Source: Sedimentisphaerales bacterium
Lineage (GTDB): Bacteria; Planctomycetota; Phycisphaerae; Sedimentisphaerales; SM23-30
Reading direction: 5' to 3'
NCBI GenBank assembly: GCA_963663965.2
Contig: CAXXFK010000010.1
Coordinates: 64,001 to 128,000, forward strand
DNA: 64,000 nucleotides
A program made the position numbers and the translations under genes. Under the pieces are notes generated by a model, which was not told the DNA's origin, made no database searches, and saw only the letters and a program-made list of their open reading frames with translations. Shown piece by piece: positions 28,220 to 37,057 of the stretch. How positions within the stretch are numbered: position 1 is the stretch's first letter; every line of letters starts with the position of its first letter.

Positions 28220-29725
28220 TCAATCACGCCGCCAGACAGCGCCGTCCGGACCATCTTCAATGGTAATATTAAGGGCTTTTAATTTTTCACGAATGCTATC
28301 GGCCAGCGCATAATTTTTTTCCTGACGAGCCTCCGCACGCAGTTGCAGTAACACCTCCATTAACTGCCCCGCCAATTCGTCACCCCCAGACTTTTCTTCC
28401 AGTGGCTCAGTCAATAAACCGATAATCTGTCCCAGCCGGGTTATCATGCGTCCGCATTCGGCAATTAATTCACGCAAATTGGGATTGCTCTTTGCCTCAA
28501 TCTGGCGTTTGTCCATGAATTTATTGGCCATGCTACTCAGTTCATAGAGCACTGAAATCCCTCCGGCCGTATTAAAATCATCGTCCAGACATTCCAGATA
28601 ACGCAACTGCGCGTGTGCCACGGTCTCAAAAAAGACCCGGTCTTCCTCGCCGTCAACCAGGGTTTCCATTTGTTTCAGGTTGCATCCGGTTGAATAGATA
28701 TCTTTTTCCGCCAGCAGGTTTATGCGATCCAGCGTGCGGTAAATATTTTTGGCCCCTTTCATGGTCGCCATCAGGGAATCATCGGAAAAGTCAATCGGCC
28801 GTCGATAATGGGTGCTCAAAAGGAAAAACCGTATGATCGCCGGCGGATATTCATCCAGTAATTCATTAAGAGGCCGGATATTTCCCAACGACTTACTCAT
28901 CTTCTCTGCTTTCCATTCCCCTCCACCGGCTTTGGTCTTGACCCGCGTCAGACCATTATGCAGCCAGTATTTAACAAAAGGCTTCCCAGTGGCAGCCTGG
29001 GATTGAGCAATTTCATTTTCGTGGTGCGGAAAAATCAGATCCATACCCCCACCATGAATATCAAAGGTTTCACCCAGGTATTTTATGCTCATGGCGGAAC
29101 ATTCAATATGCCAGCCCGGCCGGCCGCGGCCCCAGGGTGAATCCCAGCCGAGTTCATCAGGACCGGCTTTTTTCCACAAGGCGAAATCACCGGGATTCCG
29201 TTTGCTGACCCCGGCCAGTTCACGGGTTCCAGCCAGTTGCTCGTCTATCTGACGATTGGAAAGACAGCCATAGTCTTCACATTTGGTGATATCGCAATAG
29301 ACATCGCCATCCACCACATAAGCCGCATCCTTTTCGCCCATTTTCTTTATCAAATCCAGAATATCGGGGATATGATCCGTGGCTCGCGGATAGATATCCA
29401 CACTGTTGACTCCCAGTTTTTCCATCGCTTCAAAATAACCCGCACTGACTTTCGCCGCCAGTTCACTGACACTGATATTCCGGCGTCCGGCTTCATCAAT
29501 CAATTTGTCATCGACATCGGTGATATTCACCACCATGGTCACCTTGAACCCCTTATAGATCAGATATTTTTTCAGGGAATCAAAAATAACCGGTCCCACA
29601 GCATGCCCAATATGACTGGGTTTATATACGGTCGGACCGCAAACATAGATCCCAACACTACCGGGTTCCACTGGGATGAATATTTCTTTCTTACGGGTTA
29701 GTGTATTATAAAACTTGAGCGACAT
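28220..29725 (-). CDS. cysS: Cysteine-tRNA ligase
   Basis: YNTLTR, CGPTVY, HIGH, DFALWK, PGWHIECS, KMSKS. Start MSLKF. Confidence 0.98.
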   Translation of the reverse strand: MSLKFYNTLTRKKEIFIPVEPGSVGIYVCGPTVYKPSHIGHAVGPVIFDSLKKYLIYKGFKVTMVVNITDVDDKLIDEAGRRNISVSELAAKVSAGYFEAMEKLGVNSVDIYPRATDHIPDILDLIKKMGEKDAAYVVDGDVYCDITKCEDYGCLSNRQIDEQLAGTRELAGVSKRNPGDFALWKKAGPDELGWDSPWGRGRPGWHIECSAMSIKYLGETFDIHGGGMDLIFPHHENEIAQSQAATGKPFVKYWLHNGLTRVKTKAGGGEWKAEKMSKSLGNIRPLNELLDEYPPAIIRFFLLSTHYRRPIDFSDDSLMATMKGAKNIYRTLDRINLLAEKDIYSTGCNLKQMETLVDGEEDRVFFETVAHAQLRYLECLDDDFNTAGGISVLYELSSMANKFMDKRQIEAKSNPNLRELIAECGRMITRLGQIIGLLTEPLEEKSGGDELAGQLMEVLLQLRAEARQEKNYALADSIREKLKALNITIEDGPDGAVWRRD

Positions 29726-29854
29726 TGTGTTTATTATTCCTTTATTTACAATGAGATATCTCACGACCCGGCCATGTAAAGGGATTGCGGGATTCTGCCG
29801 GGGGGCTTAAGATGCCGGATTATATCTCAAATCATCTGTTTTTTCAACCTGCGA

Positions 29855-30352
29855 TTAATCGCTGATTCTGGACAGACCGGCAATCGCATGGCAGGATATT
29901 GCCCGTCCTTCACCCTCCGGCCCAACCCGTTCATTGGTTTTCGCTTTAATATTCACCGCTACAACAGGTAAGCCCAGAACTCCCGCCAGATTTTGTCGCA
30001 TCTGCTGTTTAAAAGGCGCCAGTTTCGGGCGTTGTACTATGACAGTTACATCTATATTTGCCACCCTGAGTTTTTGCTGACCGACACGATCCAGGGCTTC
30101 GCTCAACAACAAAGCGCTATCGGCATCTTTATAAGTTATGTCACTATCGGGGAACAGTTGCCCGATATCATCCAGTCCGGCAGCCCCCAGAATGGCATCG
30201 GTTACGGCATGCATGATGACATCGGCATCGCTATGCCCCATCAATCCTTTTTCAAATGGAATTTCAATCCCGGCCAGTATTAATTTTCGCCCTGATTCCA
30301 GGCGGTGCAAATCATAACCATGGCCTATGCGTATTATCGGTTCTTCTTTCAT
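29855..30352 (-). CDS. ispF: 2-C-methyl-D-erythritol 2,4-cyclodiphosphate synthase
   Basis: RIGHGYDLH, GHSDADV, DIGQLFPD, KAKTNE. Confidence 0.97.
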   Translation of the reverse strand: MKEEPIIRIGHGYDLHRLESGRKLILAGIEIPFEKGLMGHSDADVIMHAVTDAILGAAGLDDIGQLFPDSDITYKDADSALLLSEALDRVGQQKLRVANIDVTVIVQRPKLAPFKQQMRQNLAGVLGLPVVAVNIKAKTNERVGPEGEGRAISCHAIAGLSRISD

Positions 30353-30591
30353 AAGTCCAATGATAACAAGGTGATGCCAATATCACAACATTAAAAATTC
30401 TATTACGCCCGTTAATTCCCGGCTCTGATATAATGTTTCTCAAAATAAAAAAACTCCCATCCATCAGCATACTGTTCAGAAGCGATATCACAATAGATCT
30501 ATCACTTTACAAACAATAACGCAGAATAAAATGCCATCTGGGCCAACCTGGCTGGGCAGCTAATCGATCGATAACAAACTAAAAAAGCCTG

Positions 30592-30918
30592 TTATTCCTC
30601 TTCTTCTTCGGTCACTACAACGACACTATTAAGTGAACCAAATGGATTGGGCGCCTGCTTTTGGGCTTCTGGATCATTAAACCACATGCCATCGACCAGG
30701 AATTTATATTGATATTCTCCAGGCAATAGCTTTGTTTTCAGTTTGAAACCACTTTTTTTGGCCTTCCCTTTTTTCATAATCCCGGAGGCCAGATCCCAAT
30801 TATTAAAATCACCCACAACAAAAACATTCTGAGCCTCTGGTTTGATGTCGCAGTAAAAGACGACTTCACATTTTTTGGGTCCATCATTTTTTTTACAACA
30901 GGCCTTTTTCGCGCTCAT
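30592..30918 (-). CDS. Glycogen-binding early-set (CBM48 / AMPK1_CBM-like) protein
   Basis: V.VVGDFNNW, L.PGEYQYKFLVDG.W..DP, NPFGSLNSV. Confidence 0.88.
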   Translation of the reverse strand: MSAKKACCKKNDGPKKCEVVFYCDIKPEAQNVFVVGDFNNWDLASGIMKKGKAKKSGFKLKTKLLPGEYQYKFLVDGMWFNDPEAQKQAPNPFGSLNSVVVVTEEEEE

Positions 30919-31186
30919 AGATATCTCCCTACAGGCTGAAGTTTCTAAAATTTGCAGGTTGCCATGTTCGACTGCAATTTAATTAATAATAGTATAGCTC
31001 TATAATTATTTTAAAGCTGGTTTTTTTATTTTTCCAAACTGTTTTAAAAATTTTCGAATCTCTCACATAATCCAGATTTACCAGTTGTTTAATCCATTTA
31101 ACCTCCAGTCGCCCACCATACCTTTCCCCTGGATCCATATTCTATATTTATTGGCCTAAAAGCAAGTTAATAGTTCGCGATTGAAT

Positions 31187-31221
31187 AAAAAAGGCCCTGC
31201 CAGAAATTAACTGACAGGGCC
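31187..31221 (-). terminator. Intrinsic terminator
   Basis: GGCCCTG stem with a T-run on the minus strand, after the spondin gene. Confidence 0.75.
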
Positions 31222-31248
31222 GGCTCACGACTGAGAGAGAGAAAGCAA

Positions 31249-32049
31249 TTAGTGGGTTCGTGACTGTTTACGCCTTAGACGCTTTGCATTCAGACTCAAA
31301 GCCCCCATCACAATCAGTGCGATACTGGCCGGTTCGGGAACAACGGTGATACGAGCCACCTGATAACCCGAAGCGGTAAAATCAGCGCCCGGAAAAGCGT
31401 TCAGCACGTTTCCATCGACCAGATATCCTCCATGCTGGCGAACGAGACCATTTTCATCCAGACCGGTATCAGGCGCGGCCTGCCCTAAGAGAGGGGTATT
31501 GGCTGGAACTTCATCATTCACTTCTGTTCCGGCATCCCAAACCATCGATCCCATCACTACAATATCCAGCGGCGTGACCATTCCATTATCAACGATCTTC
31601 CAGGCCATCGGATTATCATTACCAATGAAGGCGTCGTTAGAAGGAATCACCATACTCAAAAAACTGAAATAGACATCACTGCTGGTATCGACATCAAGCG
31701 ACAGCATTCCAACTTCACCAGGATGGTAAATCGGCGGTTGTCCCGGTACTGTAACAGGACCGAGAACCACACCGTCAACCTGTCCGGTAAATGATCCACT
31801 TATACCGCTCGGATCGCCGTCTTCAGCCAGCATCTGTAAATTGCCAGAAGCGGCTGATCCGGCGTCAAAGGCATCAAAACTGCCATCATGGAAACCCACC
31901 CAGACCGGCGTCATACGCGTTCCATCACCAGGTGAAAGATTTTCAACTTTAATATGGAGCATTTCACTCCATCCAACCGTGCTCGAGGCCAGAATAAAAA
32001 TACTGACCCAACTTACTTTCAATACTTTCGTCAAAATACTTGCGTTCAT
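31249..32049 (-). CDS. Spondin-domain PEP-CTERM protein
   Basis: TPVWVGFH, LAEDG, SMVIPSNDAF, DAGTEVNDE; C-terminal VPEPAS, TM and basic tail. Confidence 0.88.
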   Translation of the reverse strand: MNASILTKVLKVSWVSIFILASSTVGWSEMLHIKVENLSPGDGTRMTPVWVGFHDGSFDAFDAGSAASGNLQMLAEDGDPSGISGSFTGQVDGVVLGPVTVPGQPPIYHPGEVGMLSLDVDTSSDVYFSFLSMVIPSNDAFIGNDNPMAWKIVDNGMVTPLDIVVMGSMVWDAGTEVNDEVPANTPLLGQAAPDTGLDENGLVRQHGGYLVDGNVLNAFPGADFTASGYQVARITVVPEPASIALIVMGALSLNAKRLRRKQSRTH

Positions 32050-32240
32050 GATCTAATCCTTTCAACTTATCAGGGTAACGTTTCGACGAATAGTTCAGGG
32101 TACATCCCCTGAATCTCCTTTCAGGAGTCGCCGATTTTTCAAGGTATTGTTTGAACCAGTATTCCCGATTTTCAAACAATCCACCCATGAGTCGAAGAAA
32201 AACCATAAACCCTTAGGCGCAAAATCGTTTTTTTTCGATT

Positions 32241-32522
32241 TTAATGTTTTAACCGATCCTTAATTTCTTGCTTCTTCTTATCTGACAAGCGGTTAGGTAA
32301 TTTGTCGTCATACAGATCCAGACTGGAAAATTTTTTGAAAATTATCTGTAAGAGGCGAAGTTGCTTTTGGTAATACCGGCAATAGTGACAGATCAGCAGA
32401 TGCCCTTTCAGGGCAATTCGTTCAATTCTGGTGAGAGGTGTCTCTTCCGCGCGCGAAATAATTTCCGCGGACTTATGGCAAGTCATGGTCAGGATAAACC
32501 AGATGTTACGAAACAGTTTCAT
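32241..32522 (-). CDS. Zinc-finger (zf-HC2 / ZAS) anti-sigma factor
   Basis: TC...IS and HLLICHYC (HxxxCxxC); directly downstream of an ECF sigma. Confidence 0.85.
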   Translation of the reverse strand: MKLFRNIWFILTMTCHKSAEIISRAEETPLTRIERIALKGHLLICHYCRYYQKQLRLLQIIFKKFSSLDLYDDKLPNRLSDKKKQEIKDRLKH

Positions 32523-32530
32523 GCCAGTCT

Positions 32531-33112
32531 CTACCTGCTATCGGTTTCAAACCAGTTTATTTCCAGACAACGGCGTAAGTGGATACGGGCTCGATGCAAA
32601 CGTCCCCACAGATTGGCAGAAGAAATATCGAGATTCTCACAGACCTGCTCAGGCGGCAGTTCATCCATCACCCGTAAGACAAAAGCCTGCGCCACCGGTT
32701 CGGTCAGGTTTTTCAGGCAATTCTGCAATACCTGCCAGAAAGATTGATTCTCCAGAATGGCGGCCGGATCGCAGGACCAGTCCGCAGGTTTCTCGATCCA
32801 GTGTCCGGCCTTATCAAAAAAACTCTTAACCCATTCCCCGTCATCGTCCTGCGGGCGATTCCGGGTTGCCTTGCGAAGATAATCGACAATCTTGTGACGC
32901 AGAATGCCTGCCAGCCATACTTTGGGACTGGATTGTCCTTTGAAGGATTCCAGGCCGGCATGGGCGGCCATAAAGGTTTCCTGGACCAGATCTTCCGCAA
33001 TATCATGCCGACGAACACGAGCCATGGCGTAACTGAAGAGCATATCGCCATAATCATCCACCAGTTGCTCGATCGATAATTTTTCATTACCTGGATATTC
33101 CGGAGCAGTCAT
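32531..33112 (-). CDS. ECF sigma-70 factor
   Basis: AEDLVQETF, W..GILRHKIVD, FVLR, LHRAR..LRRCLEINWF. Confidence 0.92.
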   Translation of the reverse strand: MTAPEYPGNEKLSIEQLVDDYGDMLFSYAMARVRRHDIAEDLVQETFMAAHAGLESFKGQSSPKVWLAGILRHKIVDYLRKATRNRPQDDDGEWVKSFFDKAGHWIEKPADWSCDPAAILENQSFWQVLQNCLKNLTEPVAQAFVLRVMDELPPEQVCENLDISSANLWGRLHRARIHLRRCLEINWFETDSR

Positions 33113-33120
33113 AATATTAC

Positions 33121-33149
33121 ATTATATGACCGGAATGCCCACTTGATAA
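33121..33149 (-). promoter_or_regulatory. Sigma70-like promoter of the ECF gene, probably leaderless
   Basis: TTATCA-N17-TATAAT ending 8 nt before the ATG; no SD visible. Confidence 0.5.
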
Positions 33150-33201
33150 GATAATTTTCCAGACAATCGGCCCCGAACCGAACCGTAATTTTTTGCCCAA
33201 T

Positions 33202-33289
33202 AAAAAAAGAGTCGCCGTGTTAGACACGACGACCCTGGATCATGGATCCCTTGTACCGCCTTTTCTTGCCTCCTGACAGCACAGGGCCG
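33202..33289 (-). ncRNA. Putative structured RNA, copy 2 (AGGAGG-loop hairpin, conserved linker, terminator)
   Basis: Homologous to 33329-33410 with pairing-preserving changes; ends in GGGTCGTCGTG-TCTAA-CACGGCGACTC-T7. Confidence 0.6.
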
Positions 33290-33328
33290 TTATATCGTTA
33301 AACTGCCTTGGCAGTTTGTTTTTTAACA

Positions 33329-33410
33329 AGGTCGCCGGTTCTTATAAAACGACAACCCTGAATCATGGATCCCATCCACCGCCAAATTACCTCCTGACGG
33401 TAAAGGGCCG
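33329..33410 (-). ncRNA. Putative structured RNA, copy 1
   Basis: Starts about 5 nt after the response-regulator stop. CCCUUUACCGUC/GGCGGUGGAUGGG stem, AGGAGGUAAUUU loop, AUCCAUGAUUCA linker, terminator-like hairpin. Confidence 0.6.
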
Positions 33411-33415
33411 GTTTA

Positions 33416-33994
33416 TTAATGTATTATGGACATTGCCTCTTCAATACAGTCGATCATGCGTTTCAAATCAAAGGGGCGGGGCAGATAGCCATCAAATCCC
33501 TGCCGTAACAGGGCTTGCGCTTCACCATCGGTTAAAGCGGATGTCATGGCAATGATCCGCGTTCCGCTCAACTCAGGATTTCCACGAATAATCTGGCAGA
33601 TTCGGTTGACATTGATATCATCGATCATCAGATCGATAAAGATCACATGCGGCCGAAATTGTTCCGCGATAATACCGGCATCGAAACCACAGATCGCCGC
33701 CTGCAATTCATAGCGGCCATCTTTCTCCAGTTCCTGCACCAGTGTTTCCACCTGTTCCCGTTTATCGTCCACGATCAATAACCGCACCAACCCGCCATCG
33801 ATCCCGTTTAAGGGCATGCCATGAGCTTTCATAAATCTCACCAGTTGGGATACCGGTATACGGCGATCTTTGCTGCCTGGTATGCGGTACCCCCTGAGTT
33901 GTCCGGTATCGAACCATTTTGATACGGTTCGCGGCGCGACATTGCATAGCTTGGCAACTTGACCGGTGGTTAGTACATCTTTTCGCTTTTCCAT
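33416..33994 (-). CDS. Excisionase-type HTH DNA-binding response regulator (planctomycete-typical)
   Basis: VLTTGQVAKLCNVAPRTVSKWFD.G.LRGYRIPGSKDRRIP, then a receiver domain (LIVDD, FIDLM). Confidence 0.9.
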   Translation of the reverse strand: MEKRKDVLTTGQVAKLCNVAPRTVSKWFDTGQLRGYRIPGSKDRRIPVSQLVRFMKAHGMPLNGIDGGLVRLLIVDDKREQVETLVQELEKDGRYELQAAICGFDAGIIAEQFRPHVIFIDLMIDDINVNRICQIIRGNPELSGTRIIAMTSALTDGEAQALLRQGFDGYLPRPFDLKRMIDCIEEAMSIIH

Positions 33995-34348
33995 GTTTCC
34001 ATCTTACACAAAAAGGAATCTTCTCTTTTTCTCCTTGAGCTTCACCCAGTGTGCAGCGCTCAATTCGATACAGTAATTAGCATTTATTTGTTCGGCCGCT
34101 TATAAGGGCAAGTTTAATATAAAACCTCACAATTAACCGGCAACTGTCAGATATCAGAAAGCGATCAGAATCCACACAGCCGCCATATGGAACAAAATCA
34201 GTGATGATTCCCCTGCCAGGTCCTATTACCCTCACAATCGCTCAACTTTAACAACCATCCCGATTATAAATTAAAAATCAATATTTCTGATTTTTTCGAC
34301 TATTCGATTACTATCCTGCAAATTTGGGCTATTATCGGACGATTCAAT

Positions 34349-34383
34349 AAAAAAACCGTCTTTCTGAATCAGGAAGACGGTTT
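34349..34383 (-). terminator. Intrinsic terminator of fba
   Basis: AAACCGTCTT...AAGACGGTTT stem, with an A-run on the plus strand. Confidence 0.8.
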
Positions 34384-34417
34384 GATTTTAATATCAGGTA
34401 TTTGTCTGGATTATTGG

Positions 34418-35368
34418 TTAACGACAAAGATCGGCTTTGCCAGCGCAACCCAGGACATGCAGCTTGCGTTTAACCATTTCACAAATAGCCGTACGGCCCG
34501 GTCCCAAATAATTGCGAGGATCAAATTCAGCGGGCTTGGTGGAAAATACTTCACGAATCTTCGCAGTCAATGCCAGACGCAGATCGGTATCAATATTGAC
34601 TTTACAAACAGCCATTTTGGCGGCTTTACTGATTGCTTCTTCTGGAACGCCCATCGTATTCGGCATATTTCCGCCGTATTTGTTGATCAGCGCCACAAAT
34701 TCCTGCGGTACGCTGGAAGATCCATGCATCACCAATGGGAATCCAGGCAGGCGTTTGCCAATCTCTTCGATCACATCGAAGGCCAGTTTCGGCTCGGATT
34801 TGAATTTATAGGCGCCGTGGCTGGTTCCGCAAGCCACAGCCAGCGAATCGCAACCTGATCTTTTCACAAATTCTTCCGCCTGATTCGGATCAGTCAGGTG
34901 ATTCATCACATCATCCGCGCTGACACCAACGACATCTTCTTCAATACCGCCTAACTGCCCCAGTTCCGCTTCCACCGTTACGCCACTGGCATGGGCCATA
35001 TCTGCCACTTTACGGGTTTTGGCAATATTTTCTTCAAAAGGATCATGTGACGCGTCAATCATAACCGAAGTGAAGCCATCTTTAACGCACTGTTCACACA
35101 ATTCATAGGTATCGCCATGATCCAGATGCATGGCAATAGGCAGATCGCCACTATCTTCAATGGCACAATCGATCAAAGCGCGCAGATATTTCACATTCGC
35201 GTAGGACCGGGCCCCCTTAGATATCTGCAGAATGAGCGGGGCATTTTCTGACTTACAGGCATCAACGATAGCCTGCATGATTTCCATATTATTCACATTG
35301 AACGCGCCGATGGCAAATCCGCCGTCATAGGCAACCTGAAACATTTTTTTAGTAGATACTAATGGCAT
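34418..35368 (-). CDS. fba: Class II fructose-bisphosphate aldolase
   Basis: GAFNVNN, HLDHG, SVMIDAS, EAELG, GTSHGAYK, MHGSS, KVNIDTD. Start MPLVS. Confidence 0.96.
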   Translation of the reverse strand: MPLVSTKKMFQVAYDGGFAIGAFNVNNMEIMQAIVDACKSENAPLILQISKGARSYANVKYLRALIDCAIEDSGDLPIAMHLDHGDTYELCEQCVKDGFTSVMIDASHDPFEENIAKTRKVADMAHASGVTVEAELGQLGGIEEDVVGVSADDVMNHLTDPNQAEEFVKRSGCDSLAVACGTSHGAYKFKSEPKLAFDVIEEIGKRLPGFPLVMHGSSSVPQEFVALINKYGGNMPNTMGVPEEAISKAAKMAVCKVNIDTDLRLALTAKIREVFSTKPAEFDPRNYLGPGRTAICEMVKRKLHVLGCAGKADLCR

Positions 35369-35920
35369 AGTCGTACTCCATCTTATTTCATAATAATTAC
35401 TTATCACATATCACTGACCTGCGGCCAGCTCGTATCTGACCTGTTTTTATAGCGGTTATCCACCTGAATGTCAAATAAATATAGTTCTCTCATCATGCCC
35501 ACAGCTTATCTTAAAGGATAAATCTTCCGGATTTTGACCTGATTTTGAGGCAGAAATGAATAAATCGAATAATAACAACACGTTAAGGCTGCTTAATCCT
35601 TACAATTTCACTAAGTTACCAGATACTAAAATGGCTATTTCAGCTTTATCTTATTGTATAACTGCTTGAACTGGTTTATAATAAAAGTTATCAAATGATT
35701 TTGAGGTTTTTAAACCGGACAAGATAGTCTCAATGTAGTTTCTGAAGATCAATATTTTGATCTTTGAATCATATATTAATATTCAGTTAACCTTCACCCG
35801 CCTGTTAATATGCCGATAACAGCGGGTCGGTTTAGACAGAAAGGAGATGATTCTACTTAATTTAACATTCGGCAAATCAGGACCTTAGAGAAACTTAAAA
35901 TCCAAAATGAGGAAAAAAAG

Positions 35921-36877
35921 ATGAAAAAACTAATTCACCTCTCAGTTGTCGTTCTTGTTGTTCTTATAGCGATGCCTGCCATCGCGTCAACGGTTGCTTA
36001 CTGGCGTTTTGAAGAAGGCCCGGCCGGCGCCGATGTTGCTCTAGATTTCGGTGCAACGGATAGTTCCGGTAACGGTAATCATTTACGCCCCTGGGCAACC
36101 GGGTGGGCGGGTTTCGCCTACAAGGCTGAAGTCGCCCAATCGACGATTCCGACGACCGGCGAAGCCAATAACTTCAGCGTAAAAAACACTGGTAGCTATC
36201 CAGCCATGTTTACCGATTCTTCCGTCACTGCTCCTACCGGTACCGACCTGGAAACCTGGGCTCCGACTCAATGGACTATCGAAGCCAGTTTCAAACCCGA
36301 AAATGGCGGCCACCGAACAATCGTTGGTCGTGACGCTTTTGGTGTCGCTACCTCCAATGAGCAACTGGCGGCCCTTTATTTCCAGATTCAACCCGACAAT
36401 TCTGTAGCCATCAAGTACGCAGACGTCCAGGGTTTCTGGCATGAAGCCATTTCCGCAGCAAACGCGGTTCAGGGTTTTGATCATCCAACCGATCCCGATG
36501 GTCTCCAAGGTAAATGGTATAACATGGCAGCAGTCTGTGATGGATCAACCTTATCGCTGTACCTGGCTGACGATGCCGCCGGTACCGGTTACCAACTGGT
36601 AGCCCAGACGGATTTAACCCTCAGCGGCAGCACTGACACCTCGCTGACCGCCGGTAACGATACCGATGGCAATGACTGGCATTCTGGTGAATGGTCAGTC
36701 GGTCGCGGCCTCTACAATGGTGGTCACGGCGATCGTGCCTATGGTTATATTGACGAAGTTCGTATCTCTGATACGGCTTTGGAAACCGGCGAGTTTCTGA
36801 TGGTTCCCGAACCGGCCACCCTGGCCCTGTTTGGCCTGGGCGCTCTGGCTGCCGTTCGTCGCCGTCGCGCTCAATAA
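35921..36877 (+). CDS. LamG-like jellyroll PEP-CTERM protein
   Basis: Signal peptide, VAYWRFEEG, DSSGNGNHL, GYIDEVRISD; VPEPAT, TM and RRRR. Confidence 0.88.
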   Translation: MKKLIHLSVVVLVVLIAMPAIASTVAYWRFEEGPAGADVALDFGATDSSGNGNHLRPWATGWAGFAYKAEVAQSTIPTTGEANNFSVKNTGSYPAMFTDSSVTAPTGTDLETWAPTQWTIEASFKPENGGHRTIVGRDAFGVATSNEQLAALYFQIQPDNSVAIKYADVQGFWHEAISAANAVQGFDHPTDPDGLQGKWYNMAAVCDGSTLSLYLADDAAGTGYQLVAQTDLTLSGSTDTSLTAGNDTDGNDWHSGEWSVGRGLYNGGHGDRAYGYIDEVRISDTALETGEFLMVPEPATLALFGLGALAAVRRRRAQ

Positions 36878-36909
36878 TCCTGGTTTCAGGTATTATTACC
36901 ACAAATTTC

Positions 36910-36946
36910 AAGCATCGCTTCCTGTCATGGGGAGTGATGCTTTTTT
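36910..36946 (+). terminator. Intrinsic terminator
   Basis: AGCATCGCTTCC...GGGAGTGATGCT followed by a T-run. Confidence 0.8.
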
Positions 36947-37057
36947 ATTGAATGACTCACTTCAGGAATTGAACAAATCCAATTATCTTTGACGTCATGA
37001 GCTTAGGGGCCGTAAATAAATAACTACTTCATATTTCATCCCATCTTGCCGCCATGT

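Noticed and set aside
33220..33385. Small peptides encoded by the tandem RNA units (MIQGRRV, MIQGCRF..., or a TTG-started 20-mer)
   Set aside because: Lengths and stops differ between copies, and only copy 1 has a start codon at SD distance from AGGAGG. Structure explains the conservation better, although translation is not excluded.
34140..34310. TCAGA / TTCGA direct repeats as autoregulatory sites of the response regulator
   Set aside because: Short and irregularly spaced (7 and 11 bp); not distinguishable from chance by eye.
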